The position numbers were made by a program, and so were the translations under genes. From NCBI GenBank assembly GCA_950097015.1, contig CATNEN010000007.1:11408001-11472000 (forward strand): a stretch of DNA of 64,000 bases, in the 5' to 3' direction. Shown here piece after piece: positions 32,801 to 45,515 of this stretch; the stretch's first letter is position 1, and every line of letters starts with the position of its first letter. A model generated the notes under the pieces. That model was not told the DNA's origin. It saw only the letters and a list, made by a program, of their open reading frames with translations, and ran no database searches. The DNA is from Macrostomum hystrix (taxonomy: Eukaryota > Animalia > Platyhelminthes).

Positions 32801-35800
32801 CCATAATTCTAACAGATCCCTCAGATTCGAACAGATCCACTCAGATTCGAACAGATCCCCTCAGATTCGAACAGATCCCTCAGATTCGAACAGATCCCAT
32901 AATTCTAACAGATCCCCTCAGATTCCAACAGATCCCTCAGATTCGCACAGACCCCCTCAGATTCGAACAGATCCCCTCAGATTCCAACAGATTCCTCAGA
33001 TTCGAACAGATCCCCTCAGATTCGAACAGATCCCTCAGATTCGAACAGATCCCATAATTCTAACAGATCCCCTCAGATTCCAACAGATCCCTCAGATTCG
33101 CACAGACCCCCTCAGATTCGCACAGACCCCCTCAGATTCGAACAGATCCCCTCAGATTCCAACAGATTCCTCAGATTCGAACAGATCCCATAATTCTAAC
33201 AGATCCCATAATTCTAACAGATCCCATAATTCTAACAGATCCCATAATTCTAACAGATCCCATAATTCTAACAGATCCCATAATTCTAACAGATCCCATA
33301 ATTCTAACAGATCCCATAATTCTAACAGATCCCATAATTCTAACAGATCCCATAATTCTAACAGATCCCATAATTCTAACAGATCCCCTAATTCTAGCAG
33401 ATCCCATAATTCTAACAGATCCCATAATTCTAACAGATCCTATAATTCTAACAGATCCCTCAGATTCGAACAGATCCCCTCAGATTCGAACAGACCCCCT
33501 CAGATTCGAACAGATCCCCTCAGATTCGAACAGACCCCCTCAGATTCGAACAGATCCCCTCAGATTCTAACAGATCCCTCAGATTCGAACAGATCCCCTC
33601 AGATTCGAACAGATCCCTCAGATTCGAACAGATCCCATAATTCTAACAGATCCCCTCAGATTCCAACAGATCCCTCAGATTCGCACAGACCCCCTCAGAT
33701 TCGAACAGATCCCCTCAGATTCGAACAGATTCCTCAGATTCGAACAGATCCCATAATTCTAACAGATCCCATAATTCTAACAGATCCCATAATTCTAACA
33801 GATCCCATAATTCTAACAGATCCCATAATTCTAACAGATCCCATAATTCTAACAGATCCCATAATTCTAACAGATCCCATAATTCTAACAGATCCCATAA
33901 TTCTAACAGATCCCATAATTCTAACAGATCCCATAATTCTAACAGATCCCATAATTCTAACAGATCCCATAATTCTAACAGATCCCATAATTCTAACAGA
34001 TCCCATAATTCTAACAGATCCCATAATTCTAACAGATCCCATAATTCTAACAGATCCCATAATTCTAACAGATCCCATAATTCTAACAGATCCCATAATT
34101 CTAACAGATCCCATAATTCTAACAGATCCCATAATTCTAACAGATCCCATAATTCTAACAGATCCCATAATTCTAACAGATCCCATAATTCTAAACAGAT
34201 CCCATAATTCTAACAGATCCCATAATTCTAACAGATCCCATAATTCTAACAGATCCCATAATTCTAACAGATCCCATAATTCTAACAGATCCCATAATTC
34301 TAACAGATCCCATAATTCTAACAGATCCCATAATTCTAACAGATCCCATAATTCTAGCAGATCCCATAATTCTAACAGATCCCATAATTCTAACAGATCC
34401 TATAATTCTAACAGATCCCTCAGATTCGAACAGATCCCCTCAGATTCGAACAGACCCCCTCAGATTCGAACAGATCCCCTCAGATTCGAACAGACCCCCT
34501 CAGATTCGAACAGATCCCTCAGATTCTAACAGATCCCTCAGATTCGAACAGATCCCCTCAGATTCGAACAGATCCCTCAGATTCGAACAGATCCCATAAT
34601 TCTAACAGATCCCCTCAGATTCCAACAGATCCCTCAGATTCGCACAGACCCCCTCAGATTCGAACAGATCCCCTCAGATTCCAACAGATTCCTCAGATTC
34701 GAACAGATCCCATAATTCGAACAGATCCCATAATTCTAACAGATCCCATAATTCTAACAGATCCCATAATTCTAACAGATCCCATAATTCTAACAGATCC
34801 CATAATTCTAACAGATCCCATAATTCTAACAGATCCCATAATTCTAACAGATCCCATAATTCTAACAGATCCCATAATTCTAACAGATCCATAATTCTAA
34901 CAGATCCCATAATTCTAACAGATCCCATAATTCTAACAGATCCCATAATTCTAACAGATCCCATAATTCTAACTGATCCCATAATTCTAACAGATCCCTC
35001 AGATTCGAACAGATCCCCTCAGATTCGAAAAGACCCCCTCAGATTCGAACAGATCCCCTCAGATTCGAACAGACCCCCTCAGATTCGAACAGATCCCCTC
35101 AGATTCGAACAGATCCCCTCAGATTCGAACAGACCCCCTCAGATTCGAACAGATCCCCTCAGATTCGAACAGATCCCTCAGATTCGAACAGACCCCCTCA
35201 GATTCGAACAGATCCCCTCAGATTCGAACAGATCCCCTCAGATTCGCACAGACCCCCTCAGATTCGAACAGATCCCCTCAGATTCCAACAGATTCCTCAG
35301 ATTCGAACAGATCCCATAATTCTAACAGATCTCATAATTCTAACAGATCCCATAATTCTAACAGATCCCATAATTCTAACAGATCCCATAATTCTAACAG
35401 ATCCCATAATTCTAACAGATCCCTCAGATTCTAACAGATCCCCTCAGATTCTAACAGATCCCTCAGATTCTAACAGATCCCTCAGATTCTAACAGATCCC
35501 TCAGATTCGAACAGATCCCCTCGGATTCGAACAGATCCCCTCAGATTCCAACAGATTCCTCAGATTCGAACAGATCCCATAATTCTAACAGATCCCCTCA
35601 GATTCGAACAGATCCCCTCAGATTCCAACAGATTCCTCAGATTCGAACAGATCCCATAATTCTAACAGATCCCCTCAGATTCGAACAGATCCCTCAGATT
35701 CGAACAGATCCCATAATTCTAACAGATCCCCTCAGATTCCAACAGATTCCTCAGATTCGAACAGATCCCATAATTCTAACAGATCCCTCAGATTCGAACA

Positions 35801-38800
35801 GATCCACTCAGATTCGAACAGATCCCCTCAGATTCGAACAGATCCCTCAGATTCGAACAGATCCCATAATTCTAACAGATCCCCTCAGATTCCAACAGAT
35901 TCCTCAGATTCGAACAGATCCCTCAGATTCGAACAGATCCCATAATTCTAACAGATCCCCTCAGATTCCAACAGATCCCTCAGATTCGCACAGACCCCCT
36001 CAGATTCGAACAGATCCCCTCAGATTCCAACAGATTCCTCAGATTCGAACAGATCCCCTCAGATTCGAACAGATCCCTCAGATTCGAACAGATCCCATAA
36101 TTCTAACAGATCCCCTCAGATTCCAACAGATCCCTCAGATTCGCACAGACCCCCTCAGATTCGAACAGATCCCCTCATATTCCAACAGATTCCTCAGATT
36201 CGAACAGATCCCATAATTCTAACAGATCCCATAATTCTAACAGATCCCATAATTCTAACAGATCCCATAATTCTAACAGATCCCATAATTCTAACAGATC
36301 CCATAATTCTAACAGATCCCATAATTCTAACAGATCCCATAATTCTAACAGATCCCATAATTCTAACAGATCCCATAATTCTAACAGATCCCATAATTCT
36401 AACAGATCCCATAATTCTAACAGATCCCATAATTCTAACAGATCCCATAATTCTAACAGATCCCATAATTCTAACAGATCCCTCAGATTCTAACAGATCC
36501 CCTCAGATTCTAACAGATCCCTCAGATTCTAACAGATCCCTCAGATTCTAACAGATCCCTCAGATTCGAACAGATCCCCTCGGATTCGAACAGATCCCCT
36601 CAGATTCCAACAGATTCCTCAGATTCGAACAGATCCCATAATTCTAACAGATCCCCTCAGATTCGAACAGATCCCCTCAGATTCCAACAGATTCCTCAGA
36701 TTCGAACAGATCCCATAATTCTAACAGATCCCCTCAGATTCGAACAGATCCCTCAGATTCGAACAGATCCCATAATTCTAACAGATCCCCTCAGATTCCA
36801 ACAGATTCCTCAGATTCGAACAGATCCCATAATTCTAACAGATCCCTCAGATTCGAACAGATCCACTCAGATTCGAACAGATCCCCTCAGATTCGAACAG
36901 ATCCCTCAGATTCGAACAGATCCCATAATTCTAACAGATCCCCTCAGATTCCAACAGATTCCTCAGATTCGAACAGATCCCTCAGATTCGAACAGATCCC
37001 ATAATTCTAACAGATCCCCTCAGATTCCAACAGATCCCTCAGATTCGCACAGACCCCCTCAGATTCGAACAGATCCCCTCAGATTCCAACAGATTCCTCA
37101 GATTCGAACAGATCCCCTCAGATTCGAACAGATCCCTCAGATTCGAACAGATCCCATAATTCTAACAGATCCCCTCAGATTCCAACAGATCCCTCAGATT
37201 CGCACAGACCCCCTCAGATTCGAACAGATCCCCTCATATTCCAACAGATTCCTCAGATTCGAACAGATCCCATAATTCTAACAGATCCCATAATTCTAAC
37301 AGATCCCATAATTCTAACAGATCCCATAATTCTAACAGATCCCATAATTCTAACAGATCCCATAATTCTAACAGATCCCATAATTCTAACAGATCCCATA
37401 ATTCAAACAGATCCCATAATTCTAACAGATCCCATAATTCTAACAGATCCCATAATTCTAACAGATCCCATAATTCTAAGCAGATCCCATAATTCTAACA
37501 GATCCCATAATTCTAACAGATCCCATAATTCTAACAGATCCTCGATTAACAGATCCCCTCAGATTCTAACAGATCCCTCAGATTCTAACAGATCCCTCAG
37601 ATTCTAACAGATCCCTCAGATTCGAACAGATCCCCTCGGATTCGAACAGATCCCCTCAGATTCCAACAGATTCCTCAGATTCGAACAGATCCCATAATTC
37701 TAACAGATCCCCTCAGATTCGAACAGATCCCCTCAGATTCCAACAGATTCCTCAGATTCGAACAGATCCCATAATTCTAACAGATCCCCTCAGATTCGAA
37801 CAGATCCCTCAGATTCGAACAGATCCCATAATTCTAACAGATCCCCTCAGATTCCAACAGATTCCTCAGATTCGAACAGATCCCATAATTCTAACAGATC
37901 CCTCAGATTCGAACAGATCCACTCAGATTCGAACAGATCCCCTCAGATTCGAACAGATCCCTCAGATTCGAACAGATCCCATAATTCTAACAGATCCCAT
38001 AATTCTAACAGATCCCATAATTCTAACAGATCCCATAATTCTAACAGATCCCATAATTCTAACAGATCCCATAATTCTAACAGATCCCATAATTCTAGCA
38101 GATCCCATAATTCTAACAGATCCCATAATTCTAACAGATCCCTCAGATTCGAACAGATCCCCTCAGATTCGAACAGACCCCCTCAGATTCGAACAGATCC
38201 CCTCAGATTCGAACAGATCCCTCAGATTCGAACAGACCCCCTCAGATTCGAACAGATCCCCTCAGATTCGAACAGATCCCTCAGATTCGCACAGACCCCC
38301 TCAGATTCGAACAGATCCCCTCAGATTCCAACAGATTCCTCAGATTCGAACAGATCCCATAATTCTAACAGATCTCATAATTCTAACAGATCCCATAATT
38401 CTAACAGATCCCATAATTCTAACAGATCCCATAATTCTAACAGATCCCATAATTCTAACAGATCCCATAATTCTAACAGATCCCATAATTCTAACAGATC
38501 CCATAATTCTAACAGATCCCATAATTCTAACAGATCCCATAATTCTAACAGATCCCATAATTCTAACAGATCCCTCAGATTCGAACAGATCCCCTCAGAT
38601 TCGAACAGACCCCCTCAGATTCGAACAGATCCCCTCAGATTCGAACAGACCCCCTCAGATTCGAACAGATCCCCTCAGATTCGAACAGATCCCCTCAGAT
38701 TCGAACAGACCCCCTCAGATTCGAACAGATCCCCTCAGATTCGAACAGATCCCTCAGATTCGAACAGACCCTCTCAGATTCGAACAGATCCCCTCAGATT

Positions 38801-39305
38801 CGAACAGATCCCCTCAGATTCGCACAGACCCCCTCAGATTCGAACAGATCCCCTCAGATTCCAACAGATTCCTCAGATTCGAACAGATCCCATAATTCTA
38901 ACAGATCTCATAATTCTAACAGATCCCATAATTCTAACAGATCCCATAATTCTAACAGATCCCATAATTCTAACAGATCCCATAATTCTAACAGATCCCT
39001 CAGATTCTAACAGATCCCTCAGATTCTAACAGATCCCTCAGATTCTAACAGATCCCTCAGATTCTAACAGATCCATCAGATTCTAACAGATCCCTCAGAT
39101 TCGAACAGATCCCCTCGGATTCGAACAGATCCACTCAGATTCGCACAGATCCACTCAGATTCTAACAGATCCACTCAGATTCGCACAGACCCCCTCAGAT
39201 TCGCACAGACCCCCTCAGATTCGCACAAATCCCATAATTCTAACAGATCCCCTCATACTCGAACAGATCCCCTCATACTCGAACAGATCCCCTCAGATTC
39301 GAACT
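29872..39305. repeat. 9.4-kb satellite of 18-20-bp monomers (cagatcccataattctaa / cagatcccctcagattcgaa) with higher-order repeats
   Basis: Continuous array. Rare variants recur at ~1.06-kb and ~2.1-kb spacing. Confidence 0.98.
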
Positions 39306-39618
39306 GACCGCTCGGGAACATTCCTGAATGTGCTTCAGAAAATGAGGACAGTAAATTCCAGGTCGCAGCCAGCAACACCCGGACAGTGGCGTAGCGTGAC
39401 TGATGAGCGTCAAGTGTTGTTCCTGCTGTCAAAGAATTCTCGGCTGCCGGCCAGAAGAAGCATTCAGAATTCAGAGAAGACAGTTGGTCTCGCTCTGACA
39501 GTGACAAACGACAGCCCAGGAGCGGATCGCCTCCGGTGAGGTCGTGAGTCACCGGCTGACACGCACTCACGCAGGTTTGATTGCGCAACCCGCAATTGGA
39601 AGGGGCAAAAAAGCGAGT

Positions 39619-40210
39619 CTGGCTGCGATTCTGGCTACGGGTCTAGCTGCGATTCTGGCTACGGGTCTAGCTGCGATTCTGGCTACGGGTCTAGCTGCGA
39701 TTCTGGCTACGGGTCTAGCTGCGATTCTGGCTACGGGTCTAGCTGCGATTCTGGCTACGGGTCTAGCTGCGATTCTGGCTACGGGTCTAGCTGCGATTCT
39801 GGCTACGGGTCTAGCTGCGATTCTGGCTACGGGTCTAGCTGCGATTCTGGCTACGGGTCTAGCTACGATTCTGGCTACGGGTCTAGCTGCGATTCTGGCT
39901 ACGGGTCTAGCTGCGATTCTGGCTACGGGTCTAGCTGCGATTCTGGCTACGGGTCTAGCTGCGATTCTGGCTACGGGTCTAGCTGCGATTCTGGCTACGG
40001 GTCTAGCTGCGATTCTGGCTACGGGTCTAGCTACGATTCTGGCTACGGGTCTAGCTAGCGATTCTGGCTACGGGTCTAGCTGCGATTCTGGCTACGGGTC
40101 TAGCTGCGATTCTGGCTACGGGTCTAGCTGCGATTCTGGCTACGGGTCTAGCTAGCGATTCTGGCTACGGGTCTAGCTGCGATACTGGCTGCGTTTCTTG
40201 CTGCGATTCT
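39619..40210. repeat. 24-bp minisatellite (gctgcgattctggctacgggtcta)n
   Basis: About 24 copies. Confidence 0.97.
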
Positions 40211-40569
40211 ATCAAGGGGGATAGAATGGGGAATCTATAGCGGGTCTGTCAGGTCAATCGCATGTTTTCCGCCTACGGAAGCGCCTGAAAAGCCGCCCCG
40301 TGACTGGTGGTGAGTCACGCAGCTTCCGCACTTTGCCTCGAACCCCAGTTTACCCGGCCTGATGCAAAACTGTTATCGGCCTGTTAAAACTAGCAAAATT
40401 CATTGCAACAGTTTCATTTATTCGGCTATTTATCCTGGCAAAGCGGGTGGCGAGGTCGCGCGGACTTCCGTTCCAGTGTGACTCATCGCTTCACTGCGCG
40501 CGCTACTGTGAGTAGCATTTTAAGCGAGCATTGTACTTTAATTTTCGAAAGACGACCTTGGGCTGCAGG

Positions 40570-40870
40570 TCCGGTGAGATCCGATGAGATCCGGTGAGAT
40601 CCGATGAGATCCGGTGAGATCCGATGAGATCCGATGAGATCCGGTGAGATCCGATGAGTTTCGATGAGATACCAAGCCAGGTTCTCATAATCTCATCTCA
40701 AGCCGGGTTCTCATAATCTCATCCCAAGCCGGGTTCTCATAATCTCATCCCAAGCCGGGTTCTCAAAATCTCATCCCAAGCCGGGTTCTCATAAATCTCA
40801 GCCCAAGCCAGGTCCTCATAATCTCATCCCAAGCCGGGTTCTCATAATCTCATCCCAAGCCGGGTTCTCA
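40570..40870. repeat. Adjacent 10-bp (ccgRtgagat) and ~28-bp (ccaagccgggttctcataatctcatc) arrays
   Basis: Direct inspection. Confidence 0.9.
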
Positions 40871-41173
40871 GCTTCTTCCTCACTGCTTTCGCGGCAGCAC
40901 ACCCCAGGCTGGCAGCTGGAGGCAGTCAAGCACAGCCGCATGAATCGGTGAGCAGCTGCGCCATGAGTGGCATTAATAATCCGTGAAGTTTAGCCGCACT
41001 CATCAGCGGAACATCGTTGCGGCCATCGCAGCTGAACTCGGGTCTCCATTTCAGAGACTTTAAGTGCTCTGAGCAGCCGAGGGCCGCCAGCGCCCGCTTG
41101 GGCGAGCAGCAGCTGCGGCAGCGGAGAATATCATCCACGGCAAAGTTTATCAACAGCTTCGCGTACAGTCACC

Positions 41174-41187
41174 GTTGCCATGGTAAC
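41174..41187. promoter_or_regulatory. RFX X-box GTTGCCATGGTAAC
   Basis: Matches the GTNRCC-AT-RGYAAC consensus. Confidence 0.45.
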
Positions 41188-41674
41188 TCACTGGGAGTAT
41201 AGAGTAGGTAGCTAGTGATGCTTGGCAACTGTCACCTCTCCTCTTCTGCTTGTCCGCATTCAGTAGCCCTTAATAATTAACCAGATTTTCATTGCTTCAG
41301 CAGCAGCTCAGATCCATGCTCAGGAAAAAACTTTCATGCGAAATTGCAAAGAAAATTCTAGAACTGTTGGAGGACTTCTTGCAGCAGCCCTTCAGGACGA
41401 TGAGGCGAATTGGGAAGCTGCTGTTAGCATTGATGTTTTGATGCTATTAATAATTTTAGGACTAGTTTTGCCCCCCTTCGGGGAGCAGAAATATTTTTAA
41501 TTCGTCTAGTATATACTTTTTAGCGGCTGAATTTACAGCTTTTTAAAGCTACAATGATCCCCCAGTCGACAATGATTCCCCAGTTGACAATGATCCCCCA
41601 GTTGATGATGACTCCCCATTGATGATGATCCCTAGTTGACCTCCTAGCCAACCTCAAAGGCACAGTGAGAGTCT

Positions 41675-41853
41675 ACACTGCCCGAATTTGAGAAAGATAG
41701 GGCAGATGTGCTCACCTGTGTGAGTGTATGCCTGCGTACAGTATCTGTGTGCGTGTGTGCTCAGGAGTCAGCGAAATGGGCAGAATTGCCTCCTCGCTGG
41801 CTGCAGGTCTAGTGTCACCAGGTGATGTGCCACTGCCCGCAGCCCTCCTGCAA
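41675..41853. repeat. Dispersed repeat (copy 2 of 1208-1388)
   Basis: Visual alignment with 1208-1388. Confidence 0.8.
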
Positions 41854-42420
41854 TTTTTTATATTATTAGGATATATTATACTTTTTTAGGATAATGACTG
41901 CTCAAAAGGAGGTAAGGGCAGTCAGTTGAATTATCTGTCGGTTCAGTAAGCTGTCAGCAAGTTACCTGCTGATCAGAATTGATGGTTGCTGGGATCAACA
42001 GAAGCTGGAGACCAGACCGGAGCGGTCAGAAGTGCACATTATTTACAATACGAAGGGTGGCGAGCTGAGGCCAGTCCCACCCAAGCTGCCTTGCCCAGTG
42101 ACTCGATGCCAAAGCGAGTGGCATCGATATCAGTCTAATGGACTCACAACAAGCTTCTCAAAGCACTTCAAAGCTGACCGGGTCTGCTTTTACTAGCTAG
42201 AGCCAGTCCCAAAGCCGTATGCAAACGCCACGCTTCTCAGCTTTTTTAACTGAGCAAATAAGCGGACCGCGTGAGCTGCTGCAACAGCTGCGGTTTGCAG
42301 CAGGATTGGTTGCCAGGGCCATTGTGGCCTGGGCTCAAGGCTCTAAAATGCAGGCCTGGAGAACTAAAACGGCGCTTTCACGAAGGTGCCAATTCTTACC
42401 TGGCGTTTCCGTTTCCAGGA

Positions 42421-43550
42421 ATGCGGCTGCAGTTTCTCCCGGTAACTCTTTTGCTGCTTTTGCCGCTGAGGGACGCTATAGGTGAGCTGGACTCTATTGA
42501 TGGGTCAACTGACCCTTCTACTGATGGGTCAACTAACCCTTCTACTGATGGGTCAACTAACCCTTCTACTGATGGGTCAACTGACCCTTCTACTGATGGG
42601 TCAACTGACCCTTCTACTGATGGGTCAACTGACCCTTCTACTGATGGGTCAACTGACCCTTCTACTGATGGGTCAACTGACCCCTCTACTGATGGGTAAA
42701 CTTCACATTGGTGGGGCAACTGCCTTCACATTGGTGGGTCAGCTGCCCTTCACATTGGTGGGTCAACTGCCTTCACATTGGTGGTCAACTGCCTTCACAT
42801 TGGTGGTCAACTGCCTTCACATAACGAGTAGTGCTCAACTGCCCTTCACATTGGTGGGTCAACTGCCCTTCACATTGGTGGGTCAACTGCCCTTCACATT
42901 GGTGGTCAACTGCCTTCACATTGGTGGGTCAACTGCCCTTCACAGAGGTGGGTCAACTGCCTTCACATTGGTGGGTCAACTGACTTCACATTGGTGGGTC
43001 ACCTGCCTTCACATTGGTGGGTCACCTGCCTTCGCATTGGTGGGTCACCTGCCTTCACATTGGTGGGTCACCTGCCTTCACATTGGTGGTCAACTATCCT
43101 TCACTGTCCACTCCAGCGGCCGTGCAGAGCAGGATTGTGTGCGAGAATGCCCAGCTGAGCATCTCGTGTGCTCAGGGCACAATAAGCATCAACTTCGCCA
43201 TGTTCGGCAAGTCCAGCGAGTTCAGCACCCCCTGCGTCCAGCAGACGAACACGATGAACGACTGCTGGAGCCCCAGCTCCCTGAGCCACACCCGGTCGCA
43301 GTGCCAGGGCCTGCAGGCCTGCAGTTTCATTGCTAGCAACGATGCCTTTGGCACCGACCCGTGCCCTGGCAACTACAAGTACCTGTTTGTGAACTATACC
43401 TGCACAGGTGAGTTCGTCACATAATATAATTACATTTTAAGAGTCGATTTCAAAACAATGCTATTAAGAGAGTATAAGACTGGTGGGTCCAGGTAAGCTC
43501 AGATTAAAAAATTACCTTGTTTCTATCTATTTTTTATCCTAGTTTGCTAG
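42421..43550 (+). CDS. Secreted SUEL / rhamnose-galactose-binding lectin (~120 aa). Exons 42421-42481, 43117-43407 and probably 43543-43550
   Basis: Signal peptide MRLQFLPVTLLLLLPLRDAI, then a phase-1 exon VCENAQLSISC...AMFG...C...C...CQGLQAC...NDAFGTDPCPGNYKYLFVNYTC (SUEL cysteine pattern, DPCxGxxKYL motif). The last exon is inferred. AATAAA lies near 43603. Confidence 0.85.
42497..43095. repeat. Intronic arrays: 24-bp (ctgatgggtcaactgacccttcta) grading into ~23-bp (cttcacattggtgggtcaactgc)
   Basis: Both units share GGGTCAACTG. Confidence 0.95.
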
Positions 43551-44537
43551 TTACTCCGAGAGTTGATTCCCGCCATTGCAACTGTTGTTACTTCATGCTC
43601 AAAATAAAACTCATGCAACATGAAAACAATGTCAATTAGCACAAATAAACTCGTTACCATTGTTATCGGACTCCTAACCAGAACTAGTAACTGATGCCAG
43701 GAGTTTGCCAATAACTGAGTTAACTCAGCGCTGTTCTGCTGCGATACCCAATGATTTCTCATTGTTGCCTGGTGCGATACCCTCATTTCTTAATCCTTAA
43801 ATCCTTATTGTGAGCACAAAGCATTTTTTAAAGGTGTCGACAGTGCTTGTTCTAAATAGACAAGAAATTGACCATGCGACTGAAGTCCAAAAGGAGTTTA
43901 GTTACAGCTAGTAAAGTTTAAATGCTCAAGTTGCCGTACTCAAGCGGCTGGTCTAAGTCTCAGCCAGCTGGCCCCTGAGACGCACAGATACAGAATTTAT
44001 TTGGCATTCAATTTGCCTTACACTCGAAAAAGTCAGGCAGGAAAGCAAAGTAAAAAATGAAACGTGGAGGCAAAGCGGGGGATGGATTTGGTCATGGCCC
44101 GCAGACAAGCAAGGCGGGAGCAGCGGAACAGGTCGGATCTGGCCACGCAGCGCTAAAAGTACAAGTCAGTAGAACAGCCAAAGAGAATTTGCCGCCATCG
44201 CAATCAAGCAGATCGAAAGCTGGCATGTCGACAATCAAAGCGACAAAAAATGCAAGCACACTTCTTTTAGTAATACAGGTCAGCTATTTTTATCGATTAG
44301 AAATAAATTATTCTACACATGGGTTCGAGTCTGAGACAATCTGAAAATGCAGCTAGTGAAGCTTAGAGCGAAATCAAAGATTTTTTAGAAGAAGGAGAGT
44401 TATGATGAATTTCATTACCTAGGACTCCCGGGACAGCACCAACCGGAACATTGGCTGCGAGTTCGCGGTCTCCCCGCTTCTCTGCGACTAGCACCTCATC
44501 CCTAGTCAGGAGGCCTTTCGCTAGGTCACGCGGGGCT

Positions 44538-45496
44538 CTGTCAGGTGCCTATTGAGGGACTGTCAGGTGTCAGGTGAGGTTTTGTCAGGTGAGGATCTGT
44601 CAGGTGTCAGGTGAGGATCTGTCAGGTGTCAGGTGTCAGGTGAGGATCTGTCAGGAGTCAGGTGAAGGTCTGTCAGGTGAGGATCTGTCAGGTGTCAGGT
44701 GAGGGTCTGTCAGGTGTCAGGTGAGGATCTGTCAGGAGTCAGGTGAAGGTCTGTCAGGTGAGGATCTGTCAGGTGTCAGGTGAGGGTCTGTCAGGTGTCA
44801 GGTGAGGGTCTGTCAGGTGTCAGGTGAGGATCTGTCAGGTGTCAGGTGAGGATCTGTCAGGTGTCAGGTGAGGTTTTGTCAGGTGAGGATCTGTCAGGTG
44901 TCAGGTGAGGATCTGTCAGGTGTCAGGTGTCAGGTGAGGATCTGTCAGGAGTCAGGTGAAGGTCTGTCAGGTGAGGATCTGTCAGGTGTCAGGTGAGGGT
45001 CTGTCAGGTGTCAGGTGAGGATCTGTCAGGAGTCAGGTGAAGGTCTGTCAGGTGAGGATCTGTCAGGTGTCAGGTGAGGGTCTGTCAGGTGTCAGGTGAG
45101 GGTCTGTCAGGTGTCAGGTGAGGGTCTGTCAGGTGTCAGGTGAGGATCTGTCAGGTGTCAGGTGAGGGTCTGTCAGGTGTCAGGTGAGGGTCTGTCAGGT
45201 GTCAGGTGAGGATCTGTCAGGAGTCAGGTGAAGGTCTGTCAGGTGAGGATCTGTCAGGTGTCAGGTGAGGGTCTGTCAGGAGTCAGGTGAAGGTCTGTCA
45301 GGTGAGGATCTGTCAGGTGTCAGGTGAGGGTCTGTCAGGAGTCAGGTGAAGGTCTGTCAGGTGAGGATCTGTCAGGTGTCAGGTGAGGGTCTGTCAGGAG
45401 TCAGGTGAAGGTCTGTCAGGTGAGGATCTGTCAGGTGTCAGGTGAGGGTCTGTCAGGTGAGGGTCTGTCAGGTGTCAGGTGAGGATCTGTCAGGTA
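44538..45496. repeat. Minisatellite of tgtcagg / tgaggatc modules
   Basis: Tandem 7/15/22-bp modules, starting about 20 bp beyond the stop codon of the neighbouring minus-strand gene. Confidence 0.95.
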
Positions 45497-45515
45497 TCAG
45501 CAGATGGCCTGTCGG

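Larger units (their letters stand above)
17781..40485. promoter_or_regulatory. Cluster of 22 perfect AP-1 (TGA[C/G]TCA) sites across the DUSP locus
   Basis: Sites at 17781, 17949, 17976, 20242, 20430, 20530, 20717, 21925, 22269, 22617, 24656, 25173, 26164, 27909, 28098, 28566, 28935, 29166, 29402, 39545, 40311 and 40479. Confidence 0.7.

Noticed and set aside
31072-40155. (MGSVRI)n and (LAAILATG)n ORFs
   Set aside because: Artefacts of repeat units whose length is a multiple of 3; no coding context.
40926-41153. Possible first coding (rhodanese) exon of the DUSP
   Set aside because: No rhodanese motif in the frames I examined and no convincing phase-1 donor.
44538-45496. Many CAG|GTGAG donor-like sites in the repeat
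   Set aside because: They are antisense to the adjacent gene and downstream of the lectin's probable end, with no exon context.
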